DNA of 64,000 nucleotides from Octopus sinensis (Eukaryota). Of the stretch, positions 36,175-49,644 are shown one piece after another; position 1 is the stretch's first letter, and each line of letters starts with the position of its first letter. Where the stretch lies: the NCBI RefSeq assembly GCF_006345805.1, contig NC_042998.1:201748001-201812000 (forward strand). Direction: 5' to 3'. The notes under the pieces were generated by a model that was not told the origin of the DNA, made no database searches, and saw only the letters and a program-made list of their open reading frames with translations. Both the position numbers and the translations under genes were made by a program.

Positions 36175-38435
36175 AATATTAAATGAAAACTCACAGCTTA
36201 TTTTGGCGTGTATGATGGAAACTGTCATCTGTCCACAGTCGGTGGACTAAGCTGACACCTCTTTACTGGTCATGCTTCAAGAACCCTGCAGAGAATTCTT
36301 GCAGCTCAATGAAAGCTGATTTTTGTGGGACTCTACATTCACACTCGCACCAATCTTTTTCAGCCATGTTGATAGTTGAGTGCCTATACTTCCAAGTAAC
36401 CAAGTCACTATTGCTATCACGTCAATCCTGTTCATTGACAACAACCTCTTCGTATTACCCAAATATTTCAGCCTTCACTAGCTTCCGACTGTAAGTTTTT
36501 ACTTCATTAGCTTCCTTACCTCCCTGATCCATTCCTCATTTTCCTTTTCTTTTCTATAGTTAGTACTCTGTCAGATTTTATTACTTTTAAGTACTTATAA
36601 CGGTCTCCTCCTCTCAATGATTTTAACATCTGGATATTTGGTAAATGGATGCCTTTGCTGATGACTTCCTGTCGTTTTCTCATGACTAATGTTGCACACT
36701 TATCTATCACAAATTCCATGACTATATCTTTCCTGAAGAGGCTTACAGTCTGTGTTAAGGAATCTATTTCTTTCATTCTTACTAAAATCATCCATATAGA
36801 AAATGTTTAATTTTTCCATTACTATTTCGGAAATACTGCTCTGCATTTGATTTCCTTAATACTAAACTGAGGGTAATCAAACATAAAATGAATATTAAAG
36901 AGGATAATGAGTTCCCCCCCCACTTGAAAATTCCTCTTTTGACTTTAACTTTCTCTAACAGTGTGTCACCTGTGTAGAGATCTACTTTCCATTACTCCAT
37001 GCAACATATAAGTTCTCTTACGCTGTGTGCTACACTGAATATACTCAAACATCTACTTATCTATGAGTGTGGCATCATGTCATAAGCTTTCCTATAATCT
37101 GTTCATTCAAGGTTTTACTATATTCAAAATTGCATTGTCTATGTATAAAAGATCATGCGTCCCTCTTGTCTTCTTCCTGTAACCTTTCTGTTCTTCTGGC
37201 AGGAAATTCTGGTTGCCAAAATGCTCGTAAATACATTCTCAAAGCATTCCCGTTAACAGCTTCCACACTAATGGTAAGCAAGTGAGTGGTCTATCATTGC
37301 TAGCTGTATTACAGTTGCACTTATCTTTCATAATGAGTATTATCTTCCCTCTAGTCTCGAATCTGGTATTATTCCTCCAATCAGGCAGCCCTGAAATTGT
37401 TCCCTCATCCTTCCATGTTAACTACTACATTTCGTTAGCAAGTACCCTTGAACAATATGTGGTTCTGGGTCTTTCCAATTCGGTATTTTCCCTAGCACTT
37501 TACTCATTAATATACAGTCTTAGATCTGGCTGCTTCTTACTCACTATTGTTTCCTTCACCATTCTACATCTCTATTATGATTGACTGGCACATCCCAGAA
37601 CTATCTAACCTCTTCTGCGTAAGGTTTCCCATCTTCAGTACTTCGTTCTTCATTATTTATATGGTTATAAATCTCCGCTAGTCTGTCGCAAATAATTTAT
37701 TTTCTTGGTACTGATTTATTCTTTTCTGATATTTTGAAAGCTTCCCCGCAATTGCTATTACATGCTGTTTCAGACCTTTCATTGCTGTCTTGTCTATTTG
37801 ACTACGTATCTAGTCTCCAGGGAGGTTTTGCCTCTTGTGTTTCCCAACTTGTTCAATTTCCAGGCTTCTATTTTACTCGCATCATGACTTAAACTCTTCA
37901 CTTTATTTTGTAGTCTTCATTTCCGCACTTGTTTTCATTTAATCCTTAGCTGTGAGATATCTAATATTCAGGTGACTACTGCCCCTCCTGTATTCATCAG
38001 TAAATTAGTATCTCCTATAATTTTAGCATCTATTCTACTGATAACAGAATCTACTTTCCTAGTGATATCTAGCAGCTTCTTCTGTTGGTACCTTTTAATG
38101 CTGGCAATCTTTTTCTTACTTCTTTAATTATTACTTACTGCAACTTATCTAAAATCTTCTGATCTTCCTCACTTATATCACTTAAGTGGCTGGTGAAATT
38201 TGTTTCACCTTATTCGTAGCGCTATTATTATTATTATTTCCTTTAGGATCTTCTTTGGTTTGAGATGTATCTCTTATGTTGTTCACATCTTACCAACTAC
38301 CTAGTCTTTCTTTTCAAGTTCTCCTGTGAGCTTTTATACATCCTATACTTTCATCCACTTTCATCTCCTAATAGCAATAACTTCAACTAATTTCTGCTCA
38401 GTCACTTTAAACATACACTTCTCTAACCAAAGTGT
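36175..38435 (-). mobile_element. R4/Dong-clade (RLE) non-LTR retrotransposon, copy 1, decayed and internally deleted
   Basis: VSLFRKDIVMEFVIDKCATLVMRK...RYKYLKV (RT) is joined almost directly to the RLE end (VIAIVTWLLGSI...WLKKIG). TTA-rich flanks. Confidence 0.8.
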
Positions 38436-38477
38436 TTAGTATTGATATTATAATTAATTATTATAATTATTATTTTT

Positions 38478-39010
38478 ATTGAGTGAGAGAGCAGTGCATG
38501 TCAGGAAAATGACACTGGGGTCAAATATACGAAACTTATTATACCCGTCATGATTACCCCTCTGATAAGAGTACATCAAGCATACGCATCTCAACTAATG
38601 TGCGCGAGATCGTGATCTCATATCAAGATAATCAGCGCTTGAACTCGCTGGAGGCGTCGAGTACCCCATCCCCCTCAAACCATCCCTCAATAAGAGTTGC
38701 TTAAGAACGTTGAACGAAACATCCATATTCCAAAGGTGAATTATATATATCCCCAAAAATTCCTCTCAACACATAGCTTTGATGCTTCTCCACTAATTCT
38801 GCTCGTGATCAGTGATGCACATATCGTCAGCCAAAAAGGGACATGCACAACTGGTTAACGTCAAAGAACTGACAAGCAAGTCTGTAGTACTGGGCAGAAT
38901 ATTCGCTGTAGCCCATCTTTTGTACCGGGACAAAACAATGCACATGATAAAACTTCCAATCTGTTAAGATAAGTTGTGGGAGCCACTGTGTGATATTTCA
39001 TCAAGGCATA
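38478..39010. repeat. Unclassified about 530-bp non-coding insert between TTA tracts
   Basis: Complex sequence bounded by TTA-rich runs on both sides, between the two Dong copies. It resembles a recalled octopus interspersed repeat (unverified). Confidence 0.45.
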
Positions 39011-39011
39011 T

Positions 39012-39133
39012 AGTATTATTATTATTATTATTATTATATTATTATTATTATTATTATTGTTGTTGTTCTTGTTCTTGTTGTTGTTGTTGTTGTTGTTCTT
39101 GTTCTTGTTCTTGTTCTTGTTATTATTATTATT
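39012..39133. repeat. Compound (TTA)/(TTG)/(TTGTTC) microsatellite, tail/target of the Dong element
   Basis: Seen directly. Confidence 0.9.
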
Positions 39134-42100
39134 ACTGCCTTTCCACAGCTTGTAACACTGGCGATGTACTACTGTGTCAGCTGTTCATTATCAATGAGCT
39201 AAGGTGATACCTCTTATTTTTCGAGCATTCTTTCGGAGTATTCGAGCGGTTCCAAGCAGTGCTGTTTTCTGCAAGTGCTCCAACCTTATTGCTGCCCCTA
39301 TTTGTTCGCAAAGGTTTTACTCAAAGTTCTCACTACTAACTTTTTCATCGTCCACAACTGTTTTCCCTCTCAAGCTAACCTGTCATATCTATCGACTTTT
39401 CTTTCTTCCTTAACGCATACCTCTTGTCAGTTTGGCGTGTTATATCGATGATCCAGCATAGTTTGGTTTGTTTCTCAATTAAGATTATATGTGCCTTCCT
39501 ATTCTCTATCTCATGGTAGCACTGAATCATAAAATCCAATAGGATCTTTGCATTTCTAGTTTCGATGTTGCCTTCAGGTTTGTGGTCGTACCAATTTTTT
39601 GCTCTCTCAAGTTCATACTAGCTGCAAATTTTTCAAGGGACAGGCCTGGCTATATTGTTGAGGTATCTCTTATATTCCTTCTGGGATAGTGTCGTACTCT
39701 GGCGGGTAATATGCCATACGTTTTCACCATTTTGTCCACAGATTCTGCACTCATCACTTTCTGATGTGTTGTCTACTATGAATTTCATGTAGTTTGTTCT
39801 TAGAGCTTCCTCTCGGACAGCACAGATTAGAGCTTCCGTTTCCGGTTTTATATCACTTTTAGTCATCCACAGCCATGTCTTTTTCCTGTCTTTCTTATCT
39901 TCAACATCCCTATGAAATTGTCCATGCATCTTTTCTGTGTCACTTTTTTGGGGAAGTTAGCAACTTCTTTGTTTTTTCTGTCTAAGATGTTTAGTTCGTC
40001 TACTGTCCATTCGATGACCCCTGCTCCATATCTGAGGAGCGAAAACGCCCAGTTGTTGATAGATATCTTTATTCATATTCCGTCCGTATGACTTCGACTT
40101 AAGGTTCAGTCTCAGTCTGCGCAAGTACTCCACCTTAAATTTTTCTGTCATTTGTGTCTCCATCAATGTATCCATTTCCAAAATCACCAAGTACTTGTAG
40201 CCCGACTTCTTCTTCTTCTTCTTCGTCTCTTCTTCTTCTTCTTCTTCTTCTTCTTCTTCTTCTTCTTCTTCTTCTTCTTCTTCTTCTTCTTCTTCTCTTC
40301 TTCTTCTTCTTCTTCTCCTCCTCCTTCTTCTCCTCTTCTTCCTCCTCCTCCTCCTCCTTCTTCTTCTTCTTCTTCTTCTTCTTCTTCTTCTTCTTCTTCT
40401 TCTTCTTCTTCTCTTCCTCCTCCTTCCCCCGATGGCATCGATAACACACCCATACATTTCATTTTGCCCCTCTTCAAGACTAACACACTACACTTTCTCA
40501 GTCCGAACTCCATTCTGATATCAGAACTGAAGGTATACACCGTATCAACGAGGGAACTGACTTGGGTTTCATCTCCAACATAAAGTTGAAGATCATCCAT
40601 GAATAACAAATGGATTACTTTTTTGGCGGTCTTAGAATACATACCCAGATTTTACTTTCCTCAGACTCAGTGTTAGTGGTATCAAGCACTGTACAAAGAT
40701 CAGTGGAGACAGTCCGTCCCCTTGGAAGGTGCCCCTCCTGATTTCTAGTGTCCCTAAACTTCCTTCGTATGTTGTTATGTCCGTGCCCCAATTCTTTATG
40801 CTTTTTCCAAGTAATCACTCAACATTCGATGCAATGCCAAATAGGTTCATACACTCCATAATCCAACAATATGGGATCATATCGTATGTCTTACGATAAT
40901 CGATCCATGACATGGCTAAGTTACTTTCCTCCTCTTGCAGTCTCTAGGTGCAGTTTTGTCTATCAGGAGTTGATCCTTGGTACCTCTACACTTATTCATG
41001 CAACCCTTCTGCCCATGTGACAGGACCACATTTTTTTCCAGATGTTCACTCTGCGAGTATTTCAGTCATGAATTTCCGCATAAGTGGCAAACAGGATATC
41101 ATCCTATAATTGTCTACGGTATTGCTTTTTCGATGGTTTTGAAGCATAGCACTGTCCTACCCAATATCAACCACTCTGGTGTTACTTGGTCAGCATTTAA
41201 CAAGGTACTGATTTGCTCAGCTATGCGTGCATGACATTCACCAAATCTTTTGATCTAGTAGCCTGAACTCCATCTGGTTCCGCGGCCTTCCAGTTGCTCA
41301 TTCCTTTGCTAATTTCCTTCACCTCCCTAACTTAAATGACTATTTGTGCCTGTTTTGGACAGACTATTATTTATTCCAGTTCTTGCAACCATTCAGCATC
41401 CTGCTTGTGCTCCTTGGCTTTGTTCCAGATGCCACTCCAAAACCTTTGACTTTCAACGTTATCTGGTATCCATTTTCATTTGTACACTATCCATTTATTT
41501 CTTTATTAAATCTCTTCTGATGCACTCTGAATAATCTATTCTGGTTGTAACCCTTCATTCTTTGGTCGTATCTTACCATCTTTGCTTTCGTTGCAACGAG
41601 TTGTTGGCTCAGTTCCTCCATTACCACTTTCAGGCCCTTTCTTTCAATATCATACTTCCTTTTCAGCGTCCTGTATTTTTGTTTGCTTTGAAGCTCCACT
41701 TTCTCTTTTCGGTATAACACAGAAATTTCCTTCGAGAGCATAACTAACCCTGCCTCTGTTCTTCTTTTCCACCATTGGTCTTTTCTTTTATCACTCCGAT
41801 TGTATTTCTTTTTCTTGACATCAACACCCACATTTTATTTGTTTCTGTGATGTTGTTTGTTCTTATGTATTTCATAATTTCATTGACATTGTTCGTTTCT
41901 TGGATCAACCATTTTAAGGTTGCAAATTATGCCGCTGGTGTTCACCTGTAGCCTTGTCTTTATCCTGCTATAGATTGCCTTTTGTTCATCTGTCATATCA
42001 CCATTAGTTTTATTGTCTTCTTTTAGATCATCTGTATGTCTATCATCAAGTCAACTACCACTGTTCCTTTCCTGTGCTACGAGATTTCTTTTATTAGTAA

Positions 42101-42415
42101 GAAATGTATTTTCATCGTTACCTCTGCTGCTAAATTACGAGACGAGTCGTTTGATAGCTTCGAGCTCTACTTCTGTGAACCAATGCTTTTTCTTCTTGCT
42201 CTGGCTTGAACACATAATCTATGTTCTATGAGTTGAAATAATCCCTTTTGCATATGACCATACATACGACGTTCGTAACCCCTAATTTGAACACCATTTT
42301 CATCTACGGGATGGCTCAGTAGTAACACTCCATGACAACAGCATTAATTTGCATGATCCATTTACGCTGTGTGTGGTGGTCCCTGTCTGGATATCGATAG
42401 GCTGGAGCCGGACCA
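39134..42415 (-). mobile_element. R4/Dong-clade non-LTR retrotransposon, copy 2, near full length, pseudogenised
   Basis: RT: HLLFMDDLQLY, DIRMEFGLRKCSVL, GYKYL. Also MHGQF...KPETEALICA...ALRTNY, the zinc knuckle CRICGQNGENVWHI, and the RLE end LEHLQKTALLGTARILR. Confidence 0.92.
40207..40425. repeat. (TTC)n/(TCC)n expansion inside the Dong RT
   Basis: Lies between ...MPSG and ...GYKYL of the RT. It explains the poly-R/E/K/S/F ORFs. Confidence 0.95.
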
Positions 42416-42424
42416 GAATCTATA

Positions 42425-42795
42425 AAGCTGCCTGTGGCGGCCATACTGGGGCATAACTTCTCGCCGAACAAATTGATCCCAGGAATTATTCTTTATAATT
42501 CTAGTACTTATTCTATCCGTCTCTTTCGCCGAAACGCTACGTTACGCTAATGCAAATACCCCAACGTCGATGATGGGGCGAAAAACACAGCCACACACAC
42601 GTATACACATACACATCCACCCACACGCATATATATATATACGACGGGCTTCTCTCAGTTTCCTTTACCAAAATTCTCTCACAAAATTTTGTTCTACTCG
42701 AGGCTATCCTAGAAGACACTGATACCATGAAGTGAGTCTGAACCTGGAACCATGTGGTTGAGAAGCAAGCTTCTTACCACACAGCACAGCCACGC
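42425..42795 (-). mobile_element. SINE family B, diverged
   Basis: Homology to family B. Head-to-head with the next copy across (TA)n. Confidence 0.85.
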
Positions 42796-42854
42796 TATAT
42801 ATATATAGATGTATGCGTGTGAGTGCGTGTATATATATATATATATATAAACTC

Positions 42855-42911
<57 letters not shown>

Positions 42912-42932
42912 CATATAGAATTTATATATATA

Positions 42933-43093
42933 TGGCTGTGTGGTAAGTAGCTTGCTAACCAACCACATGGTTCCGGGTTCAGTCGCACTGCGTGGCATCT
43001 TGGGCAAGTATCTTCTGCTATAGCCCCGGGCCGACCAATGCCTTGTGAGTGGATTTGGTAGACGGAAACTGAAAGAAACCTGTCGTATATATG

Positions 43094-43165
<72 letters not shown>

Positions 43166-43372
43166 TGTGTCTATGTTTGTTCCCCTAGCATTGCTTACAA
43201 AAACCGATGCTGGTGTGTTTACGTCCCCGTCACTTAGCGGTTCGGCAAAATAGACCGATAGAATAAGTACTGGGCTTACAAAGAATAAGTCCCTGGGTCG
43301 ATTTGCTCGACTAAAGGCGGTGCTCCAGCATGGCCGCAGTCAAATGACTGAAATAAGTAAAAGAGTAAAAGA
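42933..43372 (+). mobile_element. SINE family B
   Basis: Homology along its full length. Confidence 0.92.
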
Positions 43373-43383
43373 ATATATATATA

Positions 43384-43590
43384 TTACGGAGATGTACTCG
43401 CATAGCAAGTGATTTGATCCGAGATCGTGAGCTGAAACGAAAACAATTGCAGCGTGGAAGGTGTTTGTAAGCCATTTAAGAAACACACAAAAGCCGTTCG
43501 ATTCTCTTCAACATTTATGTTTAATTTGTCAAAATATTTTCGTCGCTAAAATCCGCGACCTGTTCACTGATAAAAGTCCGTGCTGCATCA
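43384..43590 (-). mobile_element. Solo copy of the GTGAACA HHR-like element
   Basis: Reverse complement of 14612-14803. Ends at the same ccgtgctgcatc seen at 14598-14609. (TA)-rich flanks. Confidence 0.85.
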
Positions 43591-45099
43591 ATATATATAT
43601 ATATATCGTTGTAATAATGAGAGTGCTTTCGATGCATGTCTGAGCAATATGTAACGCGAAATACATCCATTACGTGAACCTTCCATTTCAGAGAAGTTTT
43701 GAAATCCTTTAACTGAGGGAGATCTATTCAATGGAGACATTTTCTATTACATATTATCCTACTAGAAACGTACGTATGGTATTACTTCAAAATATTGTTA
43801 TTAAGTTTGATTTTATTATTTTAGCTAATAAGATTTAGTACCAGTACAAACTAGTGTGGTATCTTGTTTTTTTTTTTGCGCCAATAATTTATATATTATG
43901 ACATCTCGAAAAGGAAATAAAAAAAACAAATATACGATATATTATTGGATGTAAATCATCACGTGAGTGATTGCTCTGTCTGTGCGTAAGTGAAAATACA
44001 GTACATTATCATCAGCGAATATATGAATGTATTTTGAGATCTTCTAATGGCCCATTTCTATTTATATTTGGAAATTCGTGAATAAAGACGTAACTGAAGA
44101 CATCATTACAAAGTGGTAATATCATGCTTCTCAACAAAACAGTAGTAATCAAAGGATATGTTATCATCTTTCATGAAATTAATCAGATATCTTGCAGTTT
44201 CTCCACAGGATCTTTTGTATTATCTTTGTCATTTCGTCTTAGAAACATTCTGAATATATTTATTTTATTCTAGAAAAATGTCACCGCCCCATTGCTATAT
44301 TATATTCAAAATCAACCAAAAATTATATATGTAGTTTAGTAAATTAAATATAATTACTAGCAGGAATGATAAGAAAGCTGGTTATTAGATCTCTTTCTGA
44401 AATATAATATCGAGTAACTGCGTGATGTTCAGATATTAAATGCTGAATATATACAGTAACAGCAGTAGTTTAGGTTTCGATTTAAAAGATCTATTGAGGA
44501 ATGAAAAAATTACAACTTACTTTTGTCTACAATACTGGTATTAATTTCGCTTTATAAGAAACCCGTTAAATGTCAGAAGGAAAAGAGATTGATAGGGAAG
44601 CTGTTCGACTATATTTGCCTCAGCTGAATGAAATATCACATCCGATTGTCGAATAATTATTCTACAATAATATGTATATTCCATAGGCTTAGTGAATATT
44701 AAAAACTCAATGAGTCAAATCAATTATGAAGATGTTAGTTTTTTCTTTCTTCGCGGCAAGATTCCGCTTGTCTGTGGGTGTTGTAAGGAGGGCAACTACA
44801 ACAAACTTAAGGGGAAATTCAGTAAGTGACACCAATCAACTACGTTCGATACCAAGCATCTATATTAAGTTATATCAATATATTTGCTCATTACATATGC
44901 AACTTACCATAAGTGGTTTTATCACGTCCGAAGACATGCTGCACGCTGGTGGGTTGATGCTTTAATACACATTTGAGGCAACTGTATTAACAGATCATGT
45001 ATTTTTTTTCCTGTAAGTATACCAGTCAAAACTATTGAAAATGTTGCAAGACGCGACGAAAATTTTAGAAAAATTAAAAATAAGAAAAAAGTGGAAATT

Positions 45100-45485
45100 T
45101 ACCGGTGAGTGTGTTATATTATAAGGCACAAAAAGAAAATGACTCTTTTCAGACGCAATAGAATATACCAGTCACGTCTCGATCTATAAAACGTTTGTGA
45201 ATAATTGCTTGGTAGACTAGTGATGTTAGTTGTAGGTTGGTAGTGTTATGTATTATGTTGTGTTCATGTTAAGTCGTGAATGATATTTATTGATGAAAGT
45301 TGCTTCTTTATTCATTCTTTGTGTACTGGGATGTCCTGTGAACATTGATAGAAGGGGAAAATTAGGAAATTAAGATTAAGGTCCCTAGCACACCTATCTA
45401 TGTGTTCATTGACCTGTATTTTCTGTACTGTGGGTGGCGGATTTGTTCTTTGTGAAGAGTGGTTCTTCGACGGAGTGCTACTAAC
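45100..45485 (-). mobile_element. Penelope-like element 3' fragment (GIY-YIG endonuclease C-terminus + decayed pLTR)
   Basis: Minus translation with frameshifts: LRRRTTLHKEQIRHPQYRK/QVNEHIDRCARDLNLNFLIFPFYQC/QRMNKEATFINKYHSRLN. Confidence 0.75.
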
Positions 45486-45857
45486 CTTACCAATAATGCC
45501 ACAAACACCTATCCATTCCTTATACCATTCCTATTACAATATTATTTCGACCCTAATTGCACCACATTCGGAACTACTTACCTCTCTTATACAATCTTTT
45601 TACTCACGGACTAGTAGTTCCGACGCCGTTTGATAATTGGAACTGGTATGCATTCTAAGCCAATGAACAGCAATGAAAACACCGGTTTGACTTTGAATCT
45701 CTTTAACAATTCAAAATAATGAATTTAATTCCTTTTAATTCTACCTCAGTTCATCTAATTGTATTTATTTATCGCTAGTTTATATTAAAAATGCCATTAT
45801 TTCTTTTTATATTCAATGTGCATTTTCGCTTTTCTTGTTACATTTGCTATATATATA

Positions 45858-45935
<78 letters not shown>

Positions 45936-45936
<1 letters not shown>

Positions 45937-46338
45937 GGCGCAGGAGTGGCTGTGTGGTAAGTAGCTTGCTAACCAACCACATGGTTCCGGGTTCAGTCCC
46001 ACTGCGTGGCACCTTGGGCAAGTGTCTTGTGCTATAGCCTCGAGCCGACCAATGCCTTGTGAGTGGATTTGGTAGACGGAAACTAAAAGAAGCCCGTCGT
46101 ATATATGTATATATATATATGTGTGTGCGTGTATGTTTGTGTGTCTGTGTTTGTCCCCCTAGCATTGCTTGACAACCGATGCTGGTGTGTTTACGTCCCC
46201 GTTTCATTAGCGGTTCGGCAAAAGAGACCGATAGAATAAGTACTGGGCTTACAAAAGAATAAGTCCCGGGTCGAGTTGCTCGATTTAAGGCGGTGCTCCA
46301 GCATGGCCGCAGTCAAATGACTGAAACAAGTAAAAGAG
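45936..46338 (+). mobile_element. SINE family B, full length, young
   Basis: Starts aggcgcaggagtggctgtgtggtaag, has a B-box-like gggttcagtccc, and is inserted in (TA)n. Confidence 0.93.
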
Positions 46339-46360
46339 TATATATATATACATATACAGA

Positions 46361-47010
46361 CGAGGGGGTGTTCATTAATGATTTCTCCTGTCGCACTTCC
46401 AATAAATGCAGGAAAGGAAACTTGTACAGGTTTCATTATACATATTTCTACATGTCATATTGGAAATTTCAGCTCTCCACAAGTATTCGTTTGCTGAAAT
46501 GGTCTAAGGTGTTGTAATGGAGGTAATTGAATATAGGTTAGAGATCAAGTTCTTATACATTAAGAGAGACTTCCCATGAGATGAAAGAAATTTATGGTGA
46601 CGATGCACCATCACACGAAGTAGTCAAGCACTGGTATCGCATGTTCAAATGTGATCAGAAATCGGTAGATATTGCTCCAATTCATTGATGAGTACACTCC
46701 TCCATTCATGGCGACACCATCCAGAGAATGGAGCTACCATTTTGGAGGACAGCCTCATAAATATTACACTACTAGCGCAAGAAGTGAAGATAAGAGTAGG
46801 GTCCGTGGAAAAAAAATCATTCACGACAACGTGCACATGCGACAATCTGCACGATGGATTCCCCAGATGCTCACACCTTTTCAGAAGGAGGGAAGAGTCA
46901 AATGCTCCCAGGCTAATATGGTAAAGTGCCAAGAAAACAAGGAGGATTTTTTCAACTGACTAATCATACAGGGTCCATCACTATGATCTTGAGATCACAA
47001 CGACGTCGAA
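46361..47010 (+). mobile_element. mariner-type transposon, 5' half, pseudogenised
   Basis: MEVIEYRLEIKFL, EIYGDDAPSHEVVKHWYRMFK (HTH), ARWIPQMLT (WVPHEL motif) and VHHYD. The cgagggg start resembles a mariner TIR. Confidence 0.85.
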
Positions 47011-47191
47011 TCCACAAGAGTAAACAAGAGAGACAGAAACAGGCAGAAACAAGGAACATGCCCCTTGTACTTGAATAGTATGCAAATATACTTTGTATAA
47101 AACTTTTCTTTTTAATTTTTTTCCAAAATTTAATTGTTATTCGAAACTGACACTACTCTCATCAGGATGTTTTATATATATATATGTAATC

Positions 47192-47608
47192 AATCAAAAT
47201 AAGCAACAAGAATGACTCCGGTAATTTGGTACAATTGTTTCGCACTACATCATTTTATTAAAGGTTTTAAGCATTACAGCAGATTTAAGATGCTGAGTGC
47301 TCATCAGCCAATTATATAGGTTTTCCATTAATGCAAAAGCTTTCAAATCAAGTAGCAACATTATAGAGAAGGTAGATATGCAAACAAAGATGTAGATTTA
47401 AATTTTAAGAACGTAAATCTGCTGTAATACTTATAACTTTTAATAAAATGATGTAGTGCGAAAGAATTGTACCAAATTACCGGGGTCAATCGTGTTGCTT
47501 ATTTTGATTATAATCACCCCGCGAATTTTTATGGATAACACCATACAAAATTCTGGTGCATCTAAATTAAGTACCATATTCATTCGAATCTAAATTTTTG
47601 CTGAATTT
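47192..47608. repeat. 96-bp-arm inverted repeat in (TA)n with a partial HHR motif
   Basis: 47192-47287 pairs with 47414-47509 across a 126-bp spacer. CTGATGA lies on the minus strand at 47301-47307. Confidence 0.8.
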
Positions 47609-47632
47609 ATATATATATATAATATATATATA

Positions 47633-47730
<98 letters not shown>

Positions 47731-49644
47731 CGTTCCGGCTCAAAATCTGTGGCCAAAAGTATTTAATGTGGAAATGTATGAAATCGGTAGTGCTGTTTGT
47801 CTAGGTCAGGACCGGAAGATCTGCGATAAGGAAAATGCGGTGTTTTAAGAGAGTTTAAGCATAGCGTGACGCATGTATGTGTACATGTTTGTGTATGTGT
47901 ACGTATGTGTATGAAAAATGTGAAGCACTAGTGGTTCTCCGCTTGTCTTGTGTGTGTGTTCGTGTGAATCGTATAATTGTTTTTAAAATTAGTCATTTGC
48001 TGACTGCTTTTTCCGTGCTGCTCGCATGTACAAATTAGTCGCGTTATCCTGCGTTGAAAAGTGAAAATATGAAAGGGAGTGAAAGTTTAACAAATCTTTG
48101 TGTATCTATAGATAAATATATGGCTTTCGAAAGAAGTGTTAAATTGCATGTGTGGTTGATTTGTTGGTGTTGAATCAAATACATAGTGTGGCATATACTT
48201 GAGTATTTTTCTGTGATTGTGTTTGTGTGTGTGTATGTATGTATGAGTGTGTGTGTGTGTGTGTGTTTGGGTGTTCAAGGTAAAATGAAATACGATAAAC
48301 TGTAGAAGGAATGCAATGACAGATAGAATTCTCTGTTTCTGTGGTAAGAATACAAGGAAAACCTAGCAAAGTGATTTTATTTCTGAAGAACCAGAAATAT
48401 ATTCCAGGTAGCCGATTGTATTGTATCAGTTGTACACTGTCAAGATCTTCACGCTGCATTGTCTGCAAAATACAAGTTTGTGCTCACATGTTCAAGTTAA
48501 GACATTCACAAACTGCGATAATCTGATTATGTGCTACACAGATTTACTCACAATCGAGTGTATCAATTTCGAGTGGCAAATGCAGAGGATAAGGCTTCTT
48601 GTTTAGATGGAGGCTTACAGGAACTGCTAAGTTTTGCTCCAGAGAAAGTGAAATTTATAGCCATCGAATACGATACTGAAACTAAATTCTAAAAATGTGG
48701 TTAAGTGCTACCTCAGTTGAGTGAATGTCTCGCTGAAGAACGTTGTGTAGAGAACACCGATTGAGAGCGTAGAATTCCCAGCTCCAAATATAGGAAATGG
48801 CAAGATGAAAATAAAGAAAAATTCGAAAAAGATCCACTTATCTGGCTTTGCCAACAGTATTCAACAGCATCAGAGAAAGTGATATACAAGCACCTTTGAT
48901 CAATAATGTTTGTGGAGAAGAACGTCATTCCGAATTCACAGCTATAAAATATAGTCATGTGTAGCCGTTTGAATAGCCCTGCTATTAAACGAGAGTTGTA
49001 CTTCATAGGGAACGTGAACATACATTAATATCACGTACGAATTAGTCTCATATTCAAAAATCACCGTTTAAGAGTTGTTTCTACCACTATTCATGTTAAG
49101 TGTATAGCGCTATAATGCTAGCTCGTTTAACTGCTTGTGATTTGGACTCAGCTTATGCGACCCAACGAGGTGCATGTCTTTAGAGTTGATGTTGATTGAA
49201 TCATGTTTTAAATTATTTAATCATTGTCCGTTGCTCTCTTCAAGAGTAAATATGATTTCATATAAAATATTTGGCATGTTATTTTATAACTACTGTTATC
49301 AGGAATCTAAGTCGTGAAATAGCAAATATAATTAAATTGGATAAACATAACATGTAATCCATTAATACGCATTAATTACGTTCTATTCATGTCTCTTTAA
49401 AACACGAAACACGATACAGTCAAGAAACATGAGCTGACATTTCTCCGTGCACAATATCAAAATTCATGTTATATATAATAATCCTATGATGTTGAATTAT
49501 CTTTTGTTGGGTCATTGGCATATCACACGATTCAAAAGATATCACTCCATAAATGTCGAATATGTTTTTCGTTATCCAGTAAAATTATTCACTTATTCTA
49601 AAAGAAACATAGTCTACGCCCACTGATTACAATGTAAACACAAT

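Noticed and set aside
39957-40642. Poly-Arg/Glu/Lys/Ser/Phe ORFs
   Set aside because: Artefacts of the (TTC)n tract inside the Dong RT.
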